In this document: piece after piece, positions 1-7,232 of the stretch
How the letters are laid out: each line of letters starts with the position of its first letter
Numbering within the stretch: position 1 is the first letter of the stretch
DNA from: an uncultured virus (IMG/VR IMGVR_UViG_3300028577_000011)
Lineage: Duplodnaviria > Heunggongvirae > Uroviricota > Caudoviricetes
Reading direction: 5' to 3' (one strand)
Length of the DNA stretch: 20,000 nucleotides
IMG/VR virus record: IMGVR_UViG_3300028577_000011
Program-made: the position numbers and the translations under genes
The notes under the pieces: generated by a model
Databases searched by the model: none
Told to the model about the DNA's origin: nothing
What the model saw: the letters and a program-made list of their open reading frames with translations, nothing else

Positions 1-291
1 GAACAGTACGTCGCCGAGGCGCTGAAGCTGTTCAACGTCAAGCGGTCGGAGCTGCCCAAGGGCATCCGCAAGTACTGCCTGGGTGAGGCCAACCTGCGGG
101 TGACGTTGGTGCCGTGCCTGGGTAGCCTGCCGCACCAGCACGGTTTCCGCGCCGTCGACGAGCGTGCCCTCGACAAGTTCTGTGAGTCGTGGAACGACGG
201 CCAAGCGCTGGTCGGCGAGCCCTTCGTCCTCAACTGGGGACCTCACCAGGGCGATGCATCGAAGGTCAACTTTACCGTCACCCTGAAGTAA
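1..291 (+). CDS. Hypothetical protein, 5'-truncated by window edge
   Basis: Frame 1 is open from base 1 (EQYVAEALKLFNVKRSELPKGIRKYCLGEANLRVTLVPC...) to TAA at 289-291, with strongly G/C-ending codons. Confidence 0.75.
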   Translation, partial: EQYVAEALKLFNVKRSELPKGIRKYCLGEANLRVTLVPCLGSLPHQHGFRAVDERALDKFCESWNDGQALVGEPFVLNWGPHQGDASKVNFTVTLK

Positions 292-300
292 GATCTTGAG

Positions 301-783
301 ATGCAGACGACGCTCGGCAAGCTGAAGTACGTGATCAGCGAGGTGCTTGAGGCCAACCAGGTGCTCAATCGCCTGCGTGCCGTTGCTGCTGGCAAGAAGC
401 CCTACATGGTGGGCCAGTGGGCGACGGTGCCCCGAGATTATTCACAGCCCAGCGTGGGCGTCGCTAGTTGTTGGGTTGCCGAAGACCCCGAGTTGGGCAA
501 GGTGTACCTGACGTTTAGCTCACACATCACCTACAAGAAGGTCAAGAACAGTCGCCTGCGCGATCCCGGCGGCACCCGCTATGCCTACACCGCGATCCTG
601 TCGTCGCACCCGTGGGAGACGTTTGAGAACCACGGCAATGTGCCTGTCTTCAAGCTGGCGGCGACGGGTGAAGGCCGCGAGGACGACAAAGCACTGCAGG
701 CGCGCAAGCAGATGGTGAAGCTGTTCGGCGTCGACCCGATGGCCCACAGGGGCCCACTTGAACCGACGGAGACACGAAGATGA
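301..783 (+). CDS. Hypothetical phage protein with N-terminal MQTTLGKLKYVISE leader
   Basis: 160-aa ORF with coding-like codon bias and an ATGA overlap with the next gene. Confidence 0.75.
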   Translation: MQTTLGKLKYVISEVLEANQVLNRLRAVAAGKKPYMVGQWATVPRDYSQPSVGVASCWVAEDPELGKVYLTFSSHITYKKVKNSRLRDPGGTRYAYTAILSSHPWETFENHGNVPVFKLAATGEGREDDKALQARKQMVKLFGVDPMAHRGPLEPTETRR

Positions 784-1115
784 AGACGACAATCAGCAAG
801 CTGAAGCAGTTGATCAACGAGCACCTGTTGGTCGAGGTACCCGTTGGATCCGGCATGCGCAAGCCGCAGTTCGGCCTGTCGTCGGGAGGCGGTGGTCTCA
901 GGCCCGCCAAGTTCGATCCTGCAGTGCACGATCTCAAGGACGTCATGTGGGCCGTCATGGACGAGTTTGCGGGCGTTGCCTCTGACCTCGGTGTCGACGA
1001 CATCAAGGATCCCGCCTTCATCGGTTACATCGGCGATCAGTTGACTGATAAGGGTGTGCCCAACGACATCATCCTGCAGGTCAAGGCCAAGCTGCAACGC
1101 GGGCAGTCGCGTTAG
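780..1115 (+). CDS. Hypothetical phage protein with N-terminal MKTTISKLKQLINE leader
   Basis: 111-aa ORF translationally coupled to the upstream gene (ATGA), GC3-rich. Confidence 0.75.
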   Translation: MKTTISKLKQLINEHLLVEVPVGSGMRKPQFGLSSGGGGLRPAKFDPAVHDLKDVMWAVMDEFAGVASDLGVDDIKDPAFIGYIGDQLTDKGVPNDIILQVKAKLQRGQSR

Positions 1116-1118
1116 GGT

Positions 1119-1146
1119 TGAACATCACGTGCAGTGTGTGTAAGAT
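1119..1146 (+). promoter_or_regulatory. Putative sigma70-like promoter TGAACA-N16-TAAGAT
   Basis: Intergenic. The same TGAACA-N16-TANNNT arrangement recurs at 2913-2940 and 19112-19139. Confidence 0.55.
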
Positions 1147-1169
1147 CATGAACGTGGGGAGGGCAGCAC

Positions 1170-1505
1170 ATGATCAATGAATTGTCACAGGCGAGGTTGT
1201 CGCCCGAGAGTGATGCGTACAAGCGCGTCTATGACCTGCTCGAGGAACACACAGTCTCGTGGGTGACTGACGCGTGGAAGAAGAACCCCACGCTCGATGC
1301 CATTCAACAGCAACCGCTGTACAAAGTGACGCTTGAACAGGTGTTGAATGCGCCCAACGGGCGTAGTCTAAATCCACAAAAAGTACGTGCTCACCTGGCG
1401 CTTCGTGATCAATTCGTGGTGTTGGCAGTCAATGGTGTTGAGGTTTGCGTGTTCGGTGAAGTTGCTGATCAGATCTTCAATGCGTTGGCCGAACATGCGA
1501 CCTGA
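1170..1505 (+). CDS. Hypothetical protein
   Basis: 111-aa ORF preceded by GGAGG SD and the promoter motif. Confidence 0.7.
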   Translation: MINELSQARLSPESDAYKRVYDLLEEHTVSWVTDAWKKNPTLDAIQQQPLYKVTLEQVLNAPNGRSLNPQKVRAHLALRDQFVVLAVNGVEVCVFGEVADQIFNALAEHAT

Positions 1506-1698
1506 TCTTGGTGACATTATTCGGTACAAGTTGGGAATGACAAAGGTGAACGGAGAGTGGGTCGAAGAGCTTAGTGATGATTTTGGAACTGTTATTTCGG
1601 TTAGCGATAATGACATCGGAGTGTTTTGGAGCGTTACTCAACGCATTGAACATCACTCTCCGGGTGATCTAGTTGTAGTCGTTCGACGATCCAAGTGA
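1495..1698 (+). CDS. Small hypothetical protein (MRPDLGDIIRYK..., possibly SH3/KOW-like beta barrel)
   Basis: ATG at 1495 overlaps the end of the previous gene. The 67-aa beta-rich sequence has the GD-hydrophobic start common in small phage proteins. Confidence 0.6.
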   Translation: MRPDLGDIIRYKLGMTKVNGEWVEELSDDFGTVISVSDNDIGVFWSVTQRIEHHSPGDLVVVVRRSK

Positions 1699-1704
1699 AG
1701 TGCG

Positions 1705-1986
1705 TTAGTTGAAGCGATCGACGACGTTGCCGTCCCGGTCGACGACCAGCCCCGCCTTGTCGAGTGCCAGCCCGATGGCGTGCTCGCTCGCACCCAGCCA
1801 GCTGACCAGCTCATCGAACGACACCTTGCCCGGTGTCACCCCCTTGGGATCCGTCTTGCGCTTGTTGCGCAGCGAGCTGACGTAGAGGTCTTCCCACGTC
1901 GTCCGCACTTCGTCGGGCGACGGCACCCGCTCGATGTCAATGCTCTCATGGATCAATGAGCGCAGGTGTTTGACTGTCGTCCGCAT
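1705..1986 (-). CDS. Hypothetical protein with N-terminal MRTTVKHLRSLIHE leader
   Basis: True start is probably ATG at 1986 (TGATG overlap with the upstream stop), giving 93 aa. The longer 211-aa call overlaps another gene. Confidence 0.7.
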   Translation of the reverse strand: MRTTVKHLRSLIHESIDIERVPSPDEVRTTWEDLYVSSLRNKRKTDPKGVTPGKVSFDELVSWLGASEHAIGLALDKAGLVVDRDGNVVDRFN

Positions 1987-2870
1987 CAGATCTCGCCGTG
2001 CTTCTTCATGTTCCACGCCACGGCATACGGGTTCTCGACGCCTTTCTGCTTCTTGAGGGCCTTGACGACCTTCTTGCCTCCGGGCGGCGCCACTTCGTCG
2101 ACCTTCGACCGCTTGTGTTTGGGGTGAGAAGTGCCTGCGGGCATGTTCGACGTGAAGTCCTCGGCACCGTAGACGATTGACGAACTCTCGTCCGTCAACT
2201 TGGCGTCCGCCTTCGGTCGCGCACAGTCTGGGCAGGTGCAGCCGGCGGCATGGCCCGGGTGGCGTGCGGGGCCGTCGCTTTCCTTGACGGCGCGCTTGGC
2301 GCGCTTGGGTTTTTCGCCTGAGCCACCGCACTTCGGGCACTTCTTGGTGTTTCCCGGCTTGTTTGATGGAGCGAACCCACCACCGTTACACGTCGGACAC
2401 ACGTCTTCGTCGGGTTCGTACGTGGCAACGCCGTATTTGCCTTCGGCCATGTCGGGCGGCGTCCCCATCCGTCCGCACTGGGTGCACGTCGACTCGTCCA
2501 TGCCCATCAGGCCCCCGCACGATTCGCAGGTGGGCTTGTTGATGGGTCCGGGCGTCAGGTCTTCGGCGATCGCACCAGTCGCTCGCACATCTTCTTCGCG
2601 TACCTCGATGTCCCCCGCCGCGGTCGACACCTTGTACCAGAGCTGACTGCGTTGTTTCTTGCCCCCCGGCCGGCCGGGGCCGAACATGTGTGAGGTGACC
2701 TGACCAGCAACGCGTGCACCGTTGCGCTTGACCATGACGGGTGTTCCTGGTGCGAGGATCGCCCCTCCCCCGTGTGAGTCATAACTCTCCGTGATGGGTT
2801 CACCGAACCTCTCGAGCAGTGACTTCATGATCTTGGCAACGGCGTGTTCACTGAGGGGTTGGCGAGGCAT
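1986..2870 (-). CDS. Hypothetical multi-domain protein with several CxxC zinc-finger motifs
   Basis: 294 aa with CESC..CTQC, CPTCNGGG..CPKCGGSG (DnaJ-type CxxCxGxG) and HxxxCxCxxC, plus a basic C-terminus ending NPYAVAW. Confidence 0.75.
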   Translation of the reverse strand: MPRQPLSEHAVAKIMKSLLERFGEPITESYDSHGGGAILAPGTPVMVKRNGARVAGQVTSHMFGPGRPGGKKQRSQLWYKVSTAAGDIEVREEDVRATGAIAEDLTPGPINKPTCESCGGLMGMDESTCTQCGRMGTPPDMAEGKYGVATYEPDEDVCPTCNGGGFAPSNKPGNTKKCPKCGGSGEKPKRAKRAVKESDGPARHPGHAAGCTCPDCARPKADAKLTDESSSIVYGAEDFTSNMPAGTSHPKHKRSKVDEVAPPGGKKVVKALKKQKGVENPYAVAWNMKKHGEI

Positions 2871-2888
2871 GTCGTTAAGTATTCACGT

Positions 2889-2906
2889 CGTGCCCATGTG
2901 GGCACG
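2889..2906. promoter_or_regulatory. Palindrome CGTGCCCA-TG-TGGGCACG between divergent genes (candidate operator)
   Basis: Perfect 8-bp inverted repeat in the 76-bp divergent intergenic region. Confidence 0.4.
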
Positions 2907-2912
2907 CATCTC

Positions 2913-2940
2913 TGAACACGGGCGCGGGTGATGATAGAAT
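2913..2940 (+). promoter_or_regulatory. Putative promoter TGAACA-N16-TAGAAT, 6 nt before ATG (leaderless)
   Basis: Recurrent motif, and no SD precedes ATG 2947. Confidence 0.6.
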
Positions 2941-2946
2941 TGACCC

Positions 2947-3327
2947 ATGGCAAAGCGTAAGGGTTATCGGCCCCGTCACCTGTTGGTCAAGGACTTCACC
3001 ACGATCCTCTTTGCTCACGACCTGATGGGTTTGACGGGCTTGGGCTGTCCCACTGACGAGTACGAGAGCGAGGCGCTGAGCATCGTCGCCCGGATGACGG
3101 AGACACAGATGCTCGATGCGGCGTCAGGTGCGTCGGCTGAGGATGCGCTGGCAGTGACCCTCCACATCATCAGGGACGTCTTCGAACTGTGGTTCGGCAC
3201 CATCGTCGACGGGGCGAAGGCCCTTGACTTGGCCCGAGTGTTATTGGCTGAGCACGTGGCATCGTACCCCGCGTCTAAGAAGAAGACGGCACCCGTGGCT
3301 GATACGAGCCCTGAATCAGGTGTATGA
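2947..3327 (+). CDS. Hypothetical protein
   Basis: 126-aa ORF with a D-x-x-G...P-x-DEYESEA motif, directly downstream of the promoter motif. Confidence 0.7.
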   Translation: MAKRKGYRPRHLLVKDFTTILFAHDLMGLTGLGCPTDEYESEALSIVARMTETQMLDAASGASAEDALAVTLHIIRDVFELWFGTIVDGAKALDLARVLLAEHVASYPASKKKTAPVADTSPESGV

Positions 3328-3335
3328 TCTGTGAC

Positions 3336-4337
3336 ATGAGCCGCAATGTCTTGATCACGGGTGCAGCGGGGTTTGTCGGCAGTCACCTGTGCAAACACTA
3401 CCTCGATGCGGGTGACAGAGTCTGGGGCATCGACAACTTCTGCTCGTCAGACGAGCACTCTGAACACTTGGCGGCACTGAAGGCCCACTCGAACTTCACT
3501 TTCTCCATGGCTGATGTTACCGATGATCACCAAGACTGGTTTTCAATCTTTGAATTTAACATGGATAATGTCAAGTTCGACCTCATCTTAAATTTCGCGT
3601 GTCCCGCCTCTCCTCCGTCATACCAAGACATGCCGGTTTTGACGATGATGACGTGCACACAGGGTACCGCAAACGTGCTCGACCTGGCAGATGAACACGG
3701 TGCCGTCGTCGTCCACGCATCGACCAGTGAGGTGTACGGTGAGCCGCTGGTGTCACCGCAACGCGAAGACTATAGAGGAAATGTAAATCCGTATGGGCCT
3801 CGGGCTTGTTACGACGAGGGTAAACGTGCTGCCGAAGCGCTGTGCTACGACTACTTGCACATGTACGGCGTCGATGCGCGTGTGGTTCGGGTGTTCAACA
3901 CTTATGGGCCGCACCTCGATCAGCACGACGGCCGTGTCATCAGCAACTTCATCAGGCAAGCGTTGCAGGGTGAACCACTGACGGTGTATGGGCACGGCCA
4001 GCAGGGGCGGTCGTTCTGCTACGTTGATGACTTGGTGCGTGGCATCGTCGCGGTGGGTGACCTGCCTGCGAACCCGCAGGGACCCATCAACCTCGGCAAC
4101 CCTAATGAATACAGGGTGATTGAGCTGGCGACGAGGGTGCTTGAGAAGGTCGGTGCACTTGAACGGCACCGCTTGCGCGGCGATCAAATCATCCACAAGC
4201 CCATGCCCATCGACGACCCGACGCAGAGGTGCCCCGACATCACGCGGGCCAAAGAGCTGCTCGGGTGGGAGCCACGGGTTGGGCTCGACGAGGGCCTAGA
4301 TCGAACGATAGGCTACTTTCGGCGCGTCGTCAGGTGA
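3336..4337 (+). CDS. NAD-dependent epimerase/dehydratase, UDP-glucuronate decarboxylase (UDP-xylose synthase)-like
   Basis: Motifs GAAGFVG (Rossmann), ACPASP, ASTSEVYG, GPRACYDEGKRAAE (YxxxK), RVFNTYGP, GRVISNFI, RSFCYVDD and DDPTQRCPDI match the UXS/ArnA-decarboxylase family. Confidence 0.9.
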   Translation: MSRNVLITGAAGFVGSHLCKHYLDAGDRVWGIDNFCSSDEHSEHLAALKAHSNFTFSMADVTDDHQDWFSIFEFNMDNVKFDLILNFACPASPPSYQDMPVLTMMTCTQGTANVLDLADEHGAVVVHASTSEVYGEPLVSPQREDYRGNVNPYGPRACYDEGKRAAEALCYDYLHMYGVDARVVRVFNTYGPHLDQHDGRVISNFIRQALQGEPLTVYGHGQQGRSFCYVDDLVRGIVAVGDLPANPQGPINLGNPNEYRVIELATRVLEKVGALERHRLRGDQIIHKPMPIDDPTQRCPDITRAKELLGWEPRVGLDEGLDRTIGYFRRVVR

Positions 4338-4383
4338 GTTCTCCGCACGTGGGTGATACTTAACCACGAAGGAATTCATCACC

Positions 4384-4824
4384 ATGACGATCGATCCGGT
4401 TCAAGTAGCCGCGTATGTTACCGCTGGCGCACTCGCTGCGACGAAGTTGTTTAGTGCGTTTCAACCACTGTGGCAAAAACTGCCGCGGTGGCTCGCTGTC
4501 GCCTTCCCGATCCTCGTGTTGGATCTTCCGCAGGTTGCCGTCTACTTCGGCCATACTGCCACGACGGGATCGCTATCGACAGCGTTGATCGCTTCACTCG
4601 CCTTGCTCGTCCCGGGCGTCGCTGAGGCTGAACTTACGCCGCAGCAGGTGACCGCCGCGAAAATCGCTGCGATTAAATCTGCCGCATCTGACACCGCCGA
4701 CGCTGCCCAAGCGACGAAAGACGCCCACGCAATGCCCGTGGGTGAAGGCGCACCGATGCCGGCGACTGTTGCTACGGGTGTCACGGGCACCGCCACTGTC
4801 GTGGTGACGCCGCCGAAGGCATAA
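4384..4824 (+). CDS. Membrane protein (2-3 hydrophobic segments, Ala/Thr-rich tail; holin-like architecture)
   Basis: 146 aa with hydrophobic stretches at about aa 8-25, 35-55 and 63-79, and an AAGGA SD upstream. Confidence 0.65.
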   Translation: MTIDPVQVAAYVTAGALAATKLFSAFQPLWQKLPRWLAVAFPILVLDLPQVAVYFGHTATTGSLSTALIASLALLVPGVAEAELTPQQVTAAKIAAIKSAASDTADAAQATKDAHAMPVGEGAPMPATVATGVTGTATVVVTPPKA

Positions 4825-4852
4825 GTTCTTACGTAGAGAGTTTGTTGTTGTG

Positions 4853-4870
4853 TGGTCTCGAAAGAGACCA
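4853..4870. terminator. Hairpin TGGTCTC-GAAA-GAGACCA (possible terminator or processing signal)
   Basis: 7-bp perfect stem with a GAAA tetraloop about 30 nt after the stop at 4824. The U-tract is weak. Confidence 0.4.
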
Positions 4871-4907
4871 TTCGACGTTAAGGGCGTAGAGTGTTGTACT
4901 ATGTACA

Positions 4908-5207
4908 ATGAGCCTAAGCATCGAACGTGGTCATGAGTTTGAAAGTAATATGTTTCCCGCCGGCATTGGTGCAGCTTATGGCATTGTGATGGAAATTGAT
5001 TCTAGCTCTACTCCCGATCGAATCACTGGAAAGTGGTTGATTGGTGACAAACTGCGTAATTTCTGTGCTGTTGCGCACAATGAATTTCACCTTCATCATC
5101 CTCAATCTGAAATTGGACTGAGTAGGGCGAAGACTATTGGCCAGTGCGACTTTCTGGGTATTGACACAGTCGGCGTTGTCTCAATGTGGTATGAACAGGA
5201 AAAGTGA
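4908..5207 (+). CDS. Hypothetical protein (AT-richer)
   Basis: 99-aa ORF with TACTAT 5 nt before the ATG, overlapping the next ORF. Confidence 0.55.
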   Translation: MSLSIERGHEFESNMFPAGIGAAYGIVMEIDSSSTPDRITGKWLIGDKLRNFCAVAHNEFHLHHPQSEIGLSRAKTIGQCDFLGIDTVGVVSMWYEQEK

Positions 5208-5422
5208 GGAGAAAATACATGACGAAAAGTTACATATCAGATGTTGATGCGCAACAAGGTGACTTCTATGAAGACACTGAACATCGCGTGTATAAGTGTG
5301 TCGCAAGGTGCGGCATCACTGTGACGGAAGGAAAGACATCATACACAACTTCATGGGAGTGCGTGTCAAAGGATGTTGATCTTGCGCCCGTGGGGCATAT
5401 GAAACAAACTTCACGGCGCTGA
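5204..5422 (+). CDS. Hypothetical protein (start 5204 GTG or 5219 ATG)
   Basis: 72-aa ORF. GAGGAG SD precedes ATG 5219. Confidence 0.55.
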   Translation: MRRKYMTKSYISDVDAQQGDFYEDTEHRVYKCVARCGITVTEGKTSYTTSWECVSKDVDLAPVGHMKQTSRR

Positions 5423-5423
5423 C

Positions 5424-5489
5424 GAAAAATTAACGACCTACGGGGCGCACAATTTCTTGGGCACCCCATAGATCTGGTTAGATGGTCGT
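5424..5489 (-). terminator. Large hairpin plus U-rich tail downstream of the small peptide gene
   Basis: On the minus strand, ACGAC...GTCGT closes a stem CTATGGGGTGC/GCGCCCCGTAG capped by CAA-GAAA-TTG, followed by TAATTTTT. Confidence 0.55.
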
Positions 5490-5491
5490 GG

Positions 5492-5557
5492 CTAGCGCTT
5501 AAGCAGAGCGCGCAGCACGATGATCAAAACCAGTAGTGTCTGTAGGTTGTGAATCAC
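5492..5557 (-). CDS. 21-aa hydrophobic peptide MIHNLQTLLVLIIVLRALLKR (type I toxin-like)
   Basis: AAGGAG SD (5570-5565) lies 7 nt before GTG 5557, with TAG at 5494-5492. Single TM-like core and basic C-terminus. Below the ORF-track cutoff. Confidence 0.6.
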   Translation of the reverse strand: MIHNLQTLLVLIIVLRALLKR

Positions 5558-5589
5558 GGTGTGTCTCCTTTCTCGAAGGTGGGAGAAAT

Positions 5590-5621
5590 ATCAGGTCAAC
5601 GGATGGTGCCGTTGACCTGAT
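5590..5621. repeat. Perfect 13-bp inverted repeat ATCAGGTCAACGG-N6-CCGTTGACCTGAT
   Basis: Read directly. It lies in the predicted 5' UTR of the small peptide gene. Confidence 0.85.
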
Positions 5622-5872
5622 GCGTTTGTGGGGAACTATTGCCTTCACAGATCGTAAATAGGTGATGGTTGTCGTATAATACATGTTGGGATGCCTCGTC
5701 ATGTTCACGAATTTTCTGTGGGCGGTTTGTGGGCACAGATAACCATTCACATTGATACGTATTCACTCATGCAACAATCCGCTTTCCGTGATACGGGTGC
5801 ACACAGTGATGATCATTCAATGATGTTTGTGCGAAGTGATCTTCTCCACCTCTCCATTGTACGATCCCACCC

Positions 5873-6322
5873 ATGCCCAGCGATTACTTGGTCGTGACTG
5901 ACGCAGAACGTGAAAACGCACGCCGCAAGGCGGAGATCATGGCCGCCAACATCATCCGTCGGGGCTGTGCAGGGGACCGCTCGCGCGTGACGGTAGAAAG
6001 TGACTGCAACCGTGGCCTCATCGTCGAACAGCTCCGCAATCGAGGCGATGAGGCCTGGTGGAACGATCACTGGGAGAAAGCACAAGTGGTCGGCGATGAC
6101 GGAGGCATTGACACCCGCGATGGGACTGACCTCAAGGTTATCAGGCCAGGCAATCGCTTCGTGTTTGTGAAGCGTCGCAGTGCCCGCGCGGAGAACTATG
6201 AGGCCTGGGAACTCGACGATGAGTGCATTTTTGCGAGGCGCATGGGCACCTTCACTCGCGGCGACATTCGCGACAACATCTGGGGCGGTGTCAGCGGTGT
6301 CCTCGTCAGTGACCTGAAGTAG
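5873..6322 (+). CDS. Hypothetical protein
   Basis: 149-aa ORF with TACGAT 7 nt upstream of the ATG and coding-like bias. Confidence 0.7.
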   Translation: MPSDYLVVTDAERENARRKAEIMAANIIRRGCAGDRSRVTVESDCNRGLIVEQLRNRGDEAWWNDHWEKAQVVGDDGGIDTRDGTDLKVIRPGNRFVFVKRRSARAENYEAWELDDECIFARRMGTFTRGDIRDNIWGGVSGVLVSDLK

Positions 6323-6357
6323 TGACCTTCTCCGCCTTTCCGTGGTACAGTCTACTC

Positions 6358-6720
6358 ATGCCCAATGACGACGGCTCCGACGCAGGCCTCCGCCGCACCC
6401 ACCTCCTCTACGAACTGTTGATCACCGAGCTCATTGTCGGCAGGAATACGATCGCCGATGAATTGACGAAGTCTAAACTCGACCAAGATCCCTACTACCT
6501 GATGGGCCAAGCCTCCCTCAACGTCGCCCTGCACAGCGCTGCGTCGGCGTTGGAGGATAGCGGCCTGATCGACGAGGATTCGATGCGGTGCCGTGACTGC
6601 GGCATGCGCTTCGTCGACCACGATGAGGATACGCACAACGAAGACTTGCCCGAGATTCCGGGTGCAGCGACTTCGCCCGAGGGTTCTGCTCCCACCAAGC
6701 CGCCGAGCAAGCTGAACTGA
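6358..6720 (+). CDS. Hypothetical protein (CxxC near C-terminus)
   Basis: ATG 6358 lies 6 nt after TACAGT and is preferred over GTG 6322. TGATG coupling to the next gene. Confidence 0.7.
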   Translation: MPNDDGSDAGLRRTHLLYELLITELIVGRNTIADELTKSKLDQDPYYLMGQASLNVALHSAASALEDSGLIDEDSMRCRDCGMRFVDHDEDTHNEDLPEIPGAATSPEGSAPTKPPSKLN

Positions 6721-7229
6721 TGTCTTGTGTTGTTTACGTCATTACCAATCGCGTCAATGGCAAACGATACGTTGGGAAAACGATCCACCAAACTACAAGG
6801 TGGGCAACCCATGTCAGGGCGGCATTTACAAGTGGGTCACAATATGCGATTCATCGCGCGATCCGTAAACACGGAAAAGAGAATTTTGACTTTCAGGTCG
6901 TCAGTGAGCACGCCACTGAAGAGGAAGCGTTTATCGAAGAAACTCGGTTGATCCGAGAGTTGAATACGACTAAACTGGGCTACAATATGAACGAGGGTGG
7001 GAAAGGTGGTATTTCACCGACCGAAGAGGTCAGACAAAAAATCGTTCTAAAAGCCACTGGTCGGAAGCAAAGCGCTGAACAACGACAACAGGAGAGTGAA
7101 CGGACGACCGGATCAGGAAACCCGATGTACGGTCGTAAACAGAAGCCTGAAACGCTTGAGAAGATGCGTATCAAACGTCTTGAATATTGGGCGAAGCGAC
7201 GAGCTGAACGTACGTCTAAGGTACAATAA
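6720..7229 (+). CDS. GIY-YIG homing endonuclease with NUMOD3-type DNA-binding repeats
   Basis: VVYVITNRVNGKRYVGKT, R-W-x-x-H, AIRKHG, EE..E..I and GYNMNEGG, followed by TGRKQSAE and GNPMYGRKQKPET. Confidence 0.9.
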   Translation: MSCVVYVITNRVNGKRYVGKTIHQTTRWATHVRAAFTSGSQYAIHRAIRKHGKENFDFQVVSEHATEEEAFIEETRLIRELNTTKLGYNMNEGGKGGISPTEEVRQKIVLKATGRKQSAEQRQQESERTTGSGNPMYGRKQKPETLEKMRIKRLEYWAKRRAERTSKVQ

Positions 7230-7232
7230 AAC

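Noticed and set aside
5424..5750. Structured region as tmRNA or tRNA (one minus frame ends ...AARSA*)
   Set aside because: No tRNA-like acceptor stem, T-loop or CCA end was found. The SD-led 21-aa ORF explains the region better
5691..5897. 68-aa ORF downstream of a TATAAT at 5675-5680
   Set aside because: No SD or recognisable motif, and it overlaps the promoter and start of the 5873 gene. It may be real but is unsupported
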